Shown here: piece after piece, positions 1 to 13,165 of the stretch | Layout of the letters: every line of letters starts with the position of its first letter | How positions within the stretch are numbered: the stretch's first letter is position 1 | Assembly: GCA_051294375.1 (NCBI GenBank) | Contig: CM119265.1 | Coordinates: 22,456,636-22,520,635, forward strand | Direction of reading: 5' to 3' | DNA length: 64,000 bases | From: Paraspadella gotoi | Lineage: Eukaryota > Animalia > Chaetognatha | Notes under the pieces: generated by a model | What the model saw: only the letters and a program-made list of their open reading frames with translations | Told to the model about the DNA's origin: nothing | Database searches by the model: none | Translations under genes and position numbers: made by a program

Positions 1-3000
1 CACCGCGACGGCCGAGGAGGCGCGTCGTCCACGCTGCGGCCGGCTGGACGCGAGCGAAATCTGACTATCGCACTATACGACGACGTCCGTCTTCCGACGT
101 TCGGACGCCTCCGACGACGTCCGGCGAGATTGCCGCTCCGAAGCCGCACGGTCACCGGTCTTAACTCACCCCCGGGCGTTCGGGATCTACGACGCCGGTT
201 CCATTCTACCATGCGATGGTTGCCCTTACCACGCCACGACGCCAGGTCGACCGCTCGCCGCCACGGCCCCGCACCGGCGGTGGAACCACTCCAGCGTCAA
301 CGACGCACGGCCGATCACAGGTGGGGAACGCCGATTCGAAGCGCCGCCCGCTGTCGCCGCCGCTGTCGCCTCCGCCGCGGACGCCGCCGATGTCGCCTTC
401 CCCAGAATTCTCCGCTCAATCTATGTCGCAAAGAACGAAAGACGAGACAAGACGACCGGACGATAACGACTGACGACGACGGGCCGCGACGATCGACGAT
501 GAACCCAGTTGAGGCAGTTGGAGTTGTTCAATTCGTACTATGACCCGAACGTCAAGTGAGATGCAAGTCAGCGTAGCGTCGTTTTTAAAAATCTTCTTTA
601 GTTTTGAAAAACAAAAAAATTTTTACCCTTTAAAAGACGTTTTTTAAACTGTTATGAGTTATAGCGTGAAAGATCTCGTCTGAGATAAAATAAAAAAATC
701 TAGTCTATCGCATGACTTGATGAAACCAATCAGTCACTATTAGATAATCATCATTTGGTTTCGATTGATTTAGTCCCGAAGAGAAATGTTTGTTTCTTAA
801 TCGATATAACAATACAAAAATACAAATTAATCGATAATCGAGGCTAAAAAACTTCAGTTGCCAAACTTCAAAAGTTCAAATATTCAGGTATCGTCAAATT
901 TTCCCGCTTTTTTTTTCATCCCTTTTCCTCCACCATTTTTTTTCTCCCCTATTTTTCCATTTCGCCCTAAAACTATTTTTTTTTTTAATCGCTTTCGTTT
1001 CAACCAAACGAAAACAGATCTGTACTTCACATCATTTCACCGCTTGATACGTATCAGCGCTTTTCTGTGAGTCACTCTCTCTCCTTGCGCCTTCTCTCTC
1101 TCTCTCTCTCTCTCTCCGTGTTCTCTCTCTCTTCTCTCATCTCTCTCTCTCTCTCCTCTCTCTACTCTCTCTTTCTCACATCTCTCTCTCTCTCCCTCTA
1201 TTGTTATCCAATTATTTACCTTTCCGTTTCTCTGGACTGTAACATTGTAACATCAGCCTGAATGCATTGAACCGTCAAACACAAATTAATCCAATTAATA
1301 CGCTAATACCTTAATCTTGGTGCATACATAGCATATGCGGCTATCATATTAACGCATTTCATTTTGTAGTCTTTCCCTAACGCTTTAGTATATAGATCAA
1401 ATAGCTTGTCATTAAACCCCGGCGATTCCAAACGCTTTCCTCTTTCTCGGCAATGAGCTTCCTAATCGCGATCGCATTGATAATCTGGTGCTTAACTTAA
1501 AAATCTGTAGAAATACAGGGTTATAGTATTTGTGGGATTTTTAAAAGATATCCCTATTCATCACGAAAATCCAAAAAGGATTATTTTTAAAATTGTTACG
1601 AACGAGAGTAGCTAAGCCGAGCGCGGACATGTAAGAAACTATTTTGGTTCTATAAATATATATAGCTTTTTAAAATTAAAAAAATTTTTAATCCAAAGTT
1701 CCTTTGTCCACGGGTGCCTTTAGGTCCGCGTCGTTATAGTTTTAATAAACGAGTTTAAGTCCTTAAACTTTTTTCAAACTCAGGATTCGTTTCTTCAATG
1801 AGTCAGAGAATCGAAACGAGATCCACTGGTTCGCTCTTCTTTTAATTTTTTTAACAAAACTTTTTTTGTTCCACATGTATTTAATTAAATACGATCCAGT
1901 TTGATCTCCTCGACTTTACTTTAAACGACTTTGTCCGCCGATCGTCGCGCCATCTTTCTTCAGATTCTTGTAACGTCGCCCGCCATTTTGTTTTTTCTCC
2001 CATCCTCTCTCGTCCCGCAGCACGCGCCGTGGAAAATGCTCGACTGTCCACAAATCAAAAATTCCCTCTTAGAAGCCCCAGATTTTTCACAGAAAGGAAA
2101 ATGGGCTGAGTCCCATCTGCGCAAAGTGGATCGAGGATGAGAACGGATGAACAAAAAAATAATTGGATGATTAGAAATGAAAAACCGAAGTGAGGATGAA
2201 ACAAAAATAATTGAGGATGAGAGCGAATGAGAAAATGAGTGAGGGGGTGAAACAAATAATTGGAAAGAGCGATAGAGAAAACCGGAGTGAGATGCAAAAA
2301 TAAATTGAAGATGATAGCGGATGAGAAAACCAAAGTGAGGATGGAAACAAAAAATAATTGATTAAAGATGCGAATGAGAACAACCCGGAGTGAGGGATGG
2401 ACTAAAAAATAATTGAAGATGAAGAGCGGATGGTAATAACCGGAGTGAGATGAGAAAAATAAATTAAAGATGATAAGTGAAGAAGAAAAACCAGTGTTGA
2501 GAGTTGACCAAAGAAGATCGACGATGAATGGAAAATAAGCCTTTTGTAATTTGTTTGAAATGAAGAAATATTATAGAGCAAGAATACTGTGTTCCATCGC
2601 CGTGATGGCGTCAGCTAAGATGAGACACGAGGAAGAGGATGTGTTAAAAAAGCCGGGGAAACGAGTCTCATTATGCAGTATTGTCTTGATCCTCGATTTA
2701 ATTTTAATTAATTAATTTAATTAATTTTAATTAATGAGGATGAGTGTAAAAACCGGAAGAGTCTCTCTGCAAGATTGTCTGATCTAGCGGAATTTAATTT
2801 TTTCGGGGTCGTCCCTAACGGAGATTCGTGACATCGTCGTCGTCCGTTCGCTTTCCGACATAAATACGTATAAATACACTGTCTCGCTTATGAAACGGAA
2901 ATATTTTACAATGTACCAAATTACAGAAAGTCTAAAATGTGAATTATTTTTTTAAAAAACGTGTTCACTTCCGACGATAATTTGTTTTATACGAAAGTTA

Positions 3001-3424
3001 TTTGTTTCCTTCAGCCATTTTAAAAATCATTATATAAATAAACGTTCTAGTAGNNNNNNNNNNNNNNNNNNNNNNNNNAAATGATTTACCGGGCTATAAC
3101 GCCGGATTTATTCGTCGCCAAATCTTAGCGGGGAAAAGGCTACGACAAATCATAAGGCTTACTTATCCTTTCCTCCCCGACCTTACCATCCCCTTCTCTC
3201 CCGACCCATTTACCTCACTCCCTCCCCCTCCAAAAAAAAAAGGTCCGGGAGAATGCGACGTCCACGTGATCACCCCCGAAGCCTCGCCGGACTTGGCTAA
3301 GCGCTCGTGGTTCGGAGCGCTCATGGGTTCGGTCGACAGGGACGAGTGTCACTTCGTTATGGTCCGCGACAAACCTCTCAACGCCATCAAGGCCGATCTT
3401 GTCCACGCTTTTCTTTCGGTTAGA

Positions 3425-3457
<33 letters not shown>

Positions 3458-3468
3458 CTGATTGATTA

Positions 3469-3499
<31 letters not shown>

Positions 3500-5117
3500 T
3501 ATTTTAGCCGAAATATATATATTTATTGATAGATTTACTAATGACTTAATAATATTTTCATTGTTTATTCGATTGCTTGATTGATTGATTGCTTGCTTAA
3601 CGAAATTTAACGCTGTTGCATTTGAATTAATGGATGGATTGTCGATGGATGTTAATCGATGGTCGATTTATTTATGAAATTGGTACAACCAATATAGTAT
3701 AAAGATATAAGCTAGTATCTTGCCTTTTTATCTCACTTTGCCTTTTGATGTTATTAATACACACACCTACCCCCCCCCACTTTTCATCAGACTCCGGATC
3801 TGACGCACAGCGTCTTGACGCAAACGCAGTTCCGCGCGGAATATCGTCGCGCAGGCGGCGCCTCCGTCTTCCAACGGCACGTCAGATTCCAAGTCGACAT
3901 CACGGCCGCGGGAAACTGCGGCATCGGAGGTTCGAGGGGGCAGTGTGGACTGTAGAGAGCTTTATTGGGTGGGGGGGTGCGTAAGATGGCGACTTTGAGG
4001 GGGCCTTGTGGGCACTAAGGTCACCTAAAGGAGAGCGAGGTTGAGGAGGCTTCGCATGTCGCGACTGTGTGTGCGTGTGCACCAAAACTATGGTATTCTT
4101 AAAATGATATACATAAGATGGCTGAATGTTCCGTAGCAACTAGAGAGATTTGTAAGCCAATTAAAAGGCAACCATCGGATTCCACGGTGGCTGGATAGTG
4201 TTTCTTAAATTCCTCGTCGATTTTTTTCTCAAAATTTGAAAAGAATCCTGATTAAATGTTAAATTAGAATATTCGTGAATGAATCTTCGATTCTCATTCG
4301 GCACGAATTTCGTGTGGTACAACGAAAACGTAGAAAGTCTCGGGGAAACGCAATTGACGGCAGCAAAGTTACAGTTCGGGTCCTCCAGTACAGAACTGGA
4401 TCGGTTCTACGCCTTTTTTCCGGTTGGCATAAATCGAAACCCGAGTTTTTCTTTCCTTAATTTCTTACGTTTCCGGAACAAAAAAAAAAAACAAAAACAA
4501 AACAAAAACAATTTTTGAATTTTGCAGATGTAATCAATGAAAAACTCCCAGAGCATCGACGTACCATTCTCCCCGGTCGAATTTGTTCGGTGCCGGAATA
4601 TCTTTATATTCCCCACGCCGTCGTTGCAGTTGGTGCNNNNNNNNNNNNNNNNNNNNNNNNNNNNNNNNNNNNNNNNNNNNNNNNNNNNNNNNNNNNNNNN
4701 NNNNNNNNNNNNNNNNNNNNNNNNNNNNNNNNNNNNNNNNNNNNNNNNNNNNNNNNNNNNNNNNNNNNNNNNNNNNNNNNNNNNNNNNNNNNNNNNNNNN
4801 NNNNNNNNNNNNNNNNNNNNNNNNNNNNNGAGAGAGAGAGAGAGAGAGAGAATCATAAGAAAGAGAGAGATTTGCTGCATCTGTTTTCCATCGTTCCTAA
4901 ATCGTTGCCACGAGGTATTATTTTGTCGAATAATGAAATCCCGTTGTCGAGAGATGGCAGGTTACTTTCGTTACTAGAGGCAACAAAAGGGCAACGCGAT
5001 TTCTCAAAAGAATTATTATTCAATTTAATATATCGGGAACTCATTCTCATAATGTCTACTTAATACTTCGACGTAATAAATATAATAAATATGACAACAA
5101 TTTTCATTTATTTATTA

Positions 5118-5214
<97 letters not shown>

Positions 5215-7403
5215 CATTATTATTATAATTATTATTATTTATTTATTTTCATTTATTAATATGCTGTTAATTAAATCGACAACTTGTCAGGAGGAGGAAC
5301 GAGTTTGTCTAACAACAACCACGTCGAAGGCGGCGGCAGCACGGGAAGTGGAATCAGCGAGAACGAGAGTCAACCTCCAGCTCCCTCCACTGTCCACTGC
5401 ATCAACTTTACTCTTCTCTCAGGTTCATTGCTCTTTTTTATTACTGTATTATTTGAATTGGTACAACCAAGAGTGTAATACAATATATTTCAATGCCTAA
5501 AAATAAAACCTATAAGCTAAAAAAAAACCTTCCCGTCTCCGCGCTCAGGACCGGCACGACGCTTCAAGAGAATCTGCGAGCACATTCAGTCTCTCATCTT
5601 GGCCAACCGACAGGCACTCTCGCCTGTCGGCGCCATGATCGGGCGAAGACGCGTCTCGCNNNNNNNNNNNNNNNNNNNNNNNNNNNNNNNNNNNNNNNNN
5701 NNNNNNNNNNNNNNNNNNNNNNNNNNNNNNNNNNNNNNNNNNNNNNNNNNNNNNNNNNNNNNNNNNNNNNNNNNNNNNNNNNNNNNNNNNNNNNNNNNNN
5801 NNNNNNNNNNNNNNNNNNNNNNNNNNNNNNNNNNNNNNNNNNGAGCGAAAGAGACATTTAAAAAGAGCGACAGACTATTGATAAAAATAAAATAAGTAAA
5901 CAACAGTGAGAAAGTAGGACAAAGGGGACTGACGGAAATTATGAACCGAAAAATCAAAAAAATTTGACAGAAAGACAGGCACTCAGAGAGACTGTCAGAC
6001 AGAGAGACTGACAGACAGAGAGACTGACAGACACAGGCGTAGACCCGAACAAGTAAGCACAAGAGATGCAATAGCAAGTATGGACATTGTACAAACATAG
6101 ACGAACAATACGCGTAAAAATAATTCGTAGTTGAACTGACTGTTTTACCAATACCTCATCTCCCTTCAGTGCTGGAAACGGTGCTACAACCCCAATCGGA
6201 AGTATAGCTGGTGGAGGCGGCGGTGGAGGGGGCGGCGGCGGCGGCGGCGGGACCACGTCCGACACCGACGCCATGTCCTTTCTCGGCGAAGGAGGCGTCG
6301 GGGTGGCGCCGGAAATCAGCGCCATGGCGACGTTGACGTCACCGAGGCGGCGGCGGAGCGCCTCCACCTCAAGGTGGGGGNNNNNNNNNNNNNNNNNNNN
6401 NNNNNNNNNNNNNNNNNNNNNNNNNNNNNNNNNNNNNNNNNNNNNNNNNNNNNNNNNNNNNNNNNNNNNNNNNNNNNNNNNNNNNNNNNNNNNNNNNNNN
6501 NNNNNNNNNNNNNNNNNNNNNNNNNNNNNNNNNNNNNNNNNNNNNNNNNNNNNNNNNNNNNNNNNNNNNNNNNNNNNNNNNNNNNNNNNNNNNNNNNNNN
6601 NNNNNNNNNNNNNNNNNNNNNNNNNNNNNNNNNNNNNNNNNNNNNNNNNNNNNNNNNNNNNNNNNNNNNNNNNNNNNNNNNNNNNNNNNNNNNNNNNNNN
6701 NNNNNNNNNNNNNNNNNNNNNNNNNNNNNNNNNNNNNNNNNNNNNNNNNNNNNNNNNNNNNNNNNNNNNNNNNNNNNNNNNNNNNNNNNNNNNNNNNNNN
6801 NNNNNNNNNNNNNNNNNNNNNNNNNNNNNNNNNNNNNNNNNNNNNNNNNNNNNNNNNNNNNNNNNNNNNNNNNNNNNNNNNNNNNNNNNNNNNNNNNNNN
6901 NNNNNNNNNNNNNNNNNNNNNNNNNNNNNNNNNNNNNNNNNNNNNNNNNNNNNNNNNNNNNNNNNNNNNNNNNNNNNNNNNNNNNNNNNNNNNNNNNNNN
7001 NNNNNNNNNNNNNNNNNNNNNNNNNNNNNNNNNNNNNNNNNNNNNNNNNNNNNNNNNNNNNNNNNNNNNNNNNNNNNNNNNNNNNNNNNNNNNNNNNNNN
7101 NNNNNNNNNNNNNNNNNNNNNNNNNNNNNNNNNNNNNNNNNNNNNNNNNNNNNNNNNNNNNNNNNNNNNNNNNNNNNNNNNNNNNNNNNNNNNNNNNNNN
7201 NNNNNNNNNNNNNNNNNNNNNNNNNNNNNNNNNNNNNNNNNNNNNNNNNNNNNNNNNNNNNNNNNNNTCACGGCCGAGAGCGACGATCTATGACGAAATT
7301 CGCCGACGATCCAACGAGGAAGTGANNNNNNNNNNACGACGACGATGATCAAGACGACGATGACGAAGATGGCCGCCGAAAACTTGGATCTTTTACCTAT
7401 TGA
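1..7403 (+). CDS. BRSK: BRSK/SAD-1 family Ser/Thr kinase, 3' portion (linker, KA1 domain, C-tail); the kinase domain lies upstream of the window
   Basis: Hand-spliced exons: <1-320 (tentative, indels), 2021-2104 (PWK.RLSTIKNS.L.SPRFHRRKM, broken by indels), 3243-3418 ([18 protein letters not shown]...[17 protein letters not shown]), 3791-3929 ([38 protein letters not shown]), 5291-5422 (...[11 protein letters not shown]), 5549-5659+ ([14 protein letters not shown]), 6170-~6380 and ~7269-7403 (tentative, across gaps). Intron phases are consistent for the central exons, and the motifs match the BRSK1/2/SAD-1 C-terminus. The 3' end is uncertain because of N gaps. Confidence 0.9.
2130..2500. repeat. 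Degenerate ~50-bp purine-rich minisatellite, about 7 copies
   Basis: Recurring unit resembling GTGAGGATGAAACAAAAATAATTGAAGATGAGAGCGGATGAGAAAACCGGA, inside a BRSK intron. Confidence 0.8.
3425..3500. repeat. (GATT)n microsatellite
   Basis: Seen directly. Confidence 0.95.
5110..5240. repeat. (ATT)n microsatellite
   Basis: Seen directly. Confidence 0.95.
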
Positions 7404-7422
7404 GTAGTCAACTCTGCTTGTA

Positions 7423-7456
<34 letters not shown>

Positions 7457-7477
7457 ATCTCTCTCTCTCATCTCTCT

Positions 7478-7513
<36 letters not shown>

Positions 7514-10109
7514 ATAGATTAGACTGTAGATTACTACCACGACTTCAAACTCTCGATCGACATGAGACTTCTGACGCTTCTGACCTCTGACTTTGACCTT
7601 CTGACTTTCTGACCCTCTGACCGTCAGTCGCCAACGACTTCGGCGTCGTTCGACTCCGATTTTTCGGAGAACTCCGCCCCCAGGATGAGGGGGGGCCTTC
7701 TCCCCTCACCCCCTCTTCAACTGGTGCGTCGACGGAAGGTTGGAGAGATCGAAGTCAGAGAGAGAAAGAGTCGGACGATGGATGATATCGTCCAGGGTGG
7801 TTTGGTTCCCCCGGCCGAAGGTTCGAGCGACGATCGTGTTGCGTTTGACGTTACGCTACGCTGTGGGCGCGACGTGCCCCGCGCCTTCCGTCGACTGTAG
7901 CGAGGAAATATAGTATAGTTTCGGCCAGACCAATTTTTTTGGGCGGCAATAGTTTGGAAAAAAAAAATAAAGAGAAAAATATCGGAAGATGCCTTCCGTT
8001 CTACTTATAAATGCACATTACGAGTCACCAAAAAAAAAAAAAATAATGTCAAAAAATAATACTACCGTTATTGTTTGTGTTACTATTATTCCCTGCATTG
8101 AGTTTTACGGTTTTTGCACTTTTAATTTATTACGAGCAAGTGTTTGTAGCATTGAACGCGAAATGGGTTTTTTCGAAAAAGCGCGCGTTTTGCCCTTGAA
8201 CGAAAGTTTTGGTTTTTTTTTGTTTTTGTTTTGTTTTTTATAGTTGGTTGATTGAGGTCAAGTCGTAGCGTTTCACGCAATTTTTTTATAAAACAAATAT
8301 ATTTATTTAAACTAAAAGGGGTTTGTATGTCATTGCAATTGAATTATACATAGCTTTTTTTCAAATTTAGCATCGACGTATATTTAACGCCGAGGTGGCA
8401 ATCGACCGAGCTTTCTGGTAGATTACCGCTTTTTTCCAATGAAAGTTTTTACTTCTTTTTTGGAACTAGTCGAAATATCGTACTGTCATTTTGGTTTGTT
8501 TTTTTTTTAAATATATATTTCTCGATTTTATCCGCTCTCTTTTTTATCTTCCGATAAATCGCATAATGCTATCTCGCAATGGATATTCATTAAGTTGAGG
8601 TTAAAAAAAGATAAATATTTTAAGAGAAAAATATATAATTTTGGCTTAAAAGACGCTTTTTAGAATAAAACTTAGTAAAAATAAACGAGCAAACTATGAC
8701 TTGTCTCTCTCTCAATAACGAAAATCGAGAATAAACTTCTTTTTTTTCTGCCATCGTTGATTTCTGACTACGGACGCGTCGTTAGGGTTTTAAAAGTCTC
8801 CCTTTCCCTTATCTCTCTCTCGATCGTCCCCTTAAAAGAAATCGCTCAAACTTTTTAGATTAATTTTTTTTGTGGAAAAACGCTCGACGCGTCGTCCCCT
8901 TAACTTTTAAGGCCGATTGGAGACCGCCCGGCGTGACAGAGGATCAACGATGGGAGGGGTGCTAAAGCTGTATATATATATAAATGTGTCCAAAGCTTGT
9001 GTTACTACGCACCCTTGAGGCGAAATATGAGAGAATTCGGTAAAGCGCTTTCTTATTTTGTTTTTACTTTTTTTCATGAAGGCGGGCAGAGACGGCGAAT
9101 GAAAAGTTCTTCCTTTAAATCTCTTAATGATTTTGTTTTTCTTTAACTGCTTACTTTTTAGACTTCGCAAACAAATTTTAAATTGAAATTTAGATATTTT
9201 TTTTTCTATAAAGATTTTCTCGTGATTTTCTAAGTTATACTTTAAGGTTCGATATGTATATGATAGTGTTACTCTATATTATATACGTAAATAATTATTC
9301 GAGGAAAGTTTTTTTTTTCATATGAAAAAGTGCAACGAAATGAATTTTTTCAGTTTTTTTTCCTCTGAAAAAATGTTTTTTTGTGTTTTTATTAGAATAT
9401 ATTTTAGTTAATTTTTTTTAAACAAAACAACTAAGTCGTTGGTGCAAACTGGCGGTGATATTTTGGTGCGAATACTGTCAAAAAAGACAAACTAACATTT
9501 CTAAATTAATGTATCTTTCATTGATTGTTATACATGGTTGTATGAAACTGCAGACGTATAAAGTGTTACTTTGCCTCCTGGACCACTTATATTTTCTTTT
9601 TTTCTCTCTCTCATTTTTTTTTCTAACACTACTCATATTTGTAGTCATCAAAGAGTGTACAATCTCATGAATACGTTTGCTTGTCATAGATTTTTGTTCC
9701 TGATCTACAGTTAACATTATAAACTTATACGTCTACAGTACTGAAAGTACAGCTTTTGATGGATTTGAGCATACCTTGCAGCGGTAAATACAAGAGATTG
9801 GTACGGTAAACTTGTTCTTATAATTTCCATATTAATCAGATGCTAGTTACACAGCTTATTGAAAGTGAAAAAAAAAATTAAAAAAAGAAAAAATATTTAA
9901 TTTGCTTGACTGGAGTCAAATTAGTGTTGTTCAAGGAATATAAAATTACAAATGCTCAGACGAAAGTCAAAGACTAAACTAGAGTTAAAATATTTAAAAT
10001 TTAAAGTACTAAATAATCTATAATGCTCGTCGCCCGAGTTCAAACTGGACTCCCGTCTTCTTCGACCTTAAGATTTCAGACCCAAGTCGAAGTAGAGGGG
10101 AATTGACCT

Positions 10110-12466
10110 TCAAAGCAGGACGCAGGGTTGTCCCTTGGGAGCACGCGGCTTGTAGCCTGGATCAAAGTGCATTGAAATGGCTTCGCTAAAGAGTTCGGCG
10201 ACGCCAACATCGGCTTGGGCCGAGCATTCGGTGAAAAAGGATGCCTTCATCTCGGAGGCGAGACGTTGGCCCCGCTTCGTCGAAATGAGCTTCTGGAAAT
10301 TTTAATAAGTTTAACTTTAATTTAATTTAACCAAAACTCTTAACTCAAAACGATTATGAAGATTTATTGTGTATGTATTTGTTCCTCAAGGTTGTCATTT
10401 TTTTAATCATACTCGAACTAAAACTGATACGAAACCTAGTACTGAGATCAAATGGCAAATTTCTTAACCTTTTCTCCAGTTTTTTTTTCGGCATCTCTGA
10501 GGTCGCTTTTCGTGGCGACAACGACGATTTTGGCGTCAGGTGATCTCTCACGCACTTCGGGTACCCACTGCAAGAAAGGAAAATAAGGAAATTTAAAGAG
10601 ATAATTGAACTACATTGCAAATAAAAGTTTTTTTCCTATTTCCCCCTACATACATACTAAGGCCGTAGTAAATTTCTAAATTTAATTTAAATTAAAATTC
10701 TAAAAATGAGGAACGAACAACATTATATTAATGAACATTTATGTAATAAAAAAATTTATAATAAATTTTACAATTTACGCAGTAGGCCATATTTATACTA
10801 GTATTAAACCAATAAATGTTAAAATTTCAAAACAGTTTTTTCTAAGATTTTTTTGCAGATTTGGATTCGTCATAAAAAGTTGATAAAAAGAAATATAATT
10901 CTTTTTTAAAAATTCCTTCATTAAGTGGGTCAAAAATTAGAAAAAGCTATATTTAAGCTGAAAATTAACTTTTTTTATATATTAATATAGTTTTTTTAAT
11001 TTTTAACCCACTTAATGATAGAATTTTTAAAAATGATTTATATTTTCTTTTATCAACTTTTGATGAGGAATTCAAATCTGCAATCAAAATTAAGAAAAGC
11101 CTATTTTGAAATTGTTCGATTTTATAAGTATAGTACTATAAATATAGCCTACTGCGAAAATTAAAAAACATAAAATTAATTTTTTTTACAAATTAATGTT
11201 CACTGATGGTATGTTGTTCATAATTGACTTTTAGAATTTTCGTATGTAACTTTCACTACGCCTTAATACATACATACATACATACATACATGAGTAACAT
11301 ATGTGGATAAGGCGCTAAGTGGGCTGAAGATGACTATCCGCAACTTCTTTAATACCTCTAGCAGCCATGGAATGGGTCCTGGACTTGGAACCAGGCTTGA
11401 GGGTTTTCCACGACCCCAAGGCGGCTTACGACCATCCTCACGCTTCCCGCAGGGTAGGTACCGGGCTGAGATTGAACCCGGTACCTAGAGGTCATGAGCT
11501 GATGGCTTTTACTCAATGAGCAAGCGGGTCACGACTGAAGGTGTCATGCTTATAGGCGGGGTGAACTTATGCTATGCCCGACTACATATATATTACATAT
11601 ATATATATATACATATATATTATATATATATATATATATATTATATAACGTACCGTATAGAGATTTGAAAGTTTAAACCCCCTTTTAACTAAGTCACCGT
11701 CTGCTCAACGTTGAGAAAGGAGCTCTCTTGGTCGATGGCGAAGCAAACGAAGATGACGTCGGCACGGACGTAGGCCAACAGTCGAAGACTGAAACAGCCA
11801 CCAGTGAAAAAAAAAAAGCATTATATATCATCGCCGATGGAATGAAATGTCGTATTATTTTTGACTGTTGACCCGTGAATGAAAAAAAACAACAATCATT
11901 TGACGCGTAAAATTTTTCAACGAAATATAGCAATAAAGGCGCCACTTCCCCCCCCCCTTTTGCCAATTAGCTGTTCGAAATGACTCGCGTTCGTTGTCTC
12001 CCCCGTTTCTTTCATCGAGCTCTTTACTTGTCGAATCCTTCTTGTCCGGCCGTGTCGTGAACTTCAAGCGACCTTTCTTCCCCATTCACATTCACCGTCA
12101 TGCTGCCAATAAAAAAAAAAAAATAATTCACACCCGATTGAACCTATACATACTTGCTATCGTCATTTAAATTTAATATTTAATATAATATATAATGTAA
12201 TATTTCCTTTCTTCCCTTTTTTGACGTACTAGAGTTACGAAGCCGATATATGTACCTATAAGTTTCGTAAATCGTTGGCAAAAGTTCTTTCTGAATTTCT
12301 TTCCCTGCGTACGAGAGAGCCAAGCAAGTTTTTCCAACTTTTCCGTCGCCAACTAACACGAGTTTCATGTTGTTCTGCAACGAATAAAAAATCTCCGAAT
12401 TGTTGGTGCAATGTGAACATTGACAGTATTGAATTTTCTTACCTTTTTATTGTTAACGCCATCCAT
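10110..12466 (-). CDS. Divergent Rho-family small GTPase, paralogue A (196 aa, CAAX CVLL)
   Basis: Six exons with canonical GT-AG and an intact frame: 12466-12443, 12374-12256, 12102-12028, 11788-11698, 10567-10469, 10292-10110. Motifs: G1 GDGKVGKT, G2 PTIYETY, G3 DTAGQE, WVPEVR, G4 TKSD, G5 ECSA, C-terminal CVLL. Confidence 0.93.
10655..11268. mobile_element. Foldback/MITE-like palindromic non-autonomous DNA transposon in intron 4 of Rho paralogue A
   Basis: The two ~300-bp halves are imperfect inverted repeats (ends TAAGGCCGTAGT...ACTACGCCTTAA; internal CGCAGTAGGC/GCCTACTGCG and CATTAAGTGGGT/ACCCACTTAATG). It is flanked by (TACA)n on both sides. Confidence 0.8.
11269..11530 (-). mobile_element. 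tRNA-derived SINE with (TGTA)n tail
   Basis: On the minus strand: a tRNA-like head with A-box-like TGCTCATTGAG and B-box-like GGTTCAATCTC, then a body and a simple-repeat tail. The body recurs at ~63655-63811. Confidence 0.7.
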
Positions 12467-13165
12467 TTTTTTTGTTTTTAATTTTCAACAAAAAAAAGAA
12501 GAGAAAATCCAGTCGCCAGTATTAGTCTTTCGAGATTGGGCATTTCTGTGTACCCTCATGTTTGGATTTGGCTGAAACTGAAACTGAAAGAGAAAAAGAT
12601 TAAAAGAGAAACACTGACAGGAGAGTGAAATGTTTTCTGGTTAGTCTTAAGGTTTTAGCTTGTACATTGTAAATGTACAAGTTAGTACTGTTTTTGTACT
12701 ATTTTTTAAAACCCCAATATTATAATTAGCCTCACCCTGATGTTTACTTTTTGTAAACGATAGCTTACAACAACCTATGCCTTTACTCCTGACTTTTATC
12801 CCATCAACCGGTAACCTTCTTCCCTTACCCCTAAAACTTACTCCGCAACTTTGACCACAATTTTCTAATAAGCTCGATACTGAAAATTAACTTCAGAAAT
12901 CATAAATTGAACTTTTATAATTTAGCCAAAATTAATATTTTCTTTTGCTCAAACTCCTTCTGTCTCCCTGCGCCTCTAGTGGTCTCAACCATAACTGAAA
13001 CAAAATCTTTTTAAAACAACGATCTCACTTTACTCAGGCTGAAGCGTTCTTCTCTTTAAATGTTACCGAATGTATATTTAAATAAATACACAGCACCACG
13101 AAAATGAGAGTAGATTAATAAAAAAAACATTTTTTTTTTTTACAAACGAACAAAATGCGGTTTCA

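Noticed and set aside
4407-7352. Long ORFs spanning X runs
   Set aside because: They are artefacts of N gaps. Only the spliced exons are supported.
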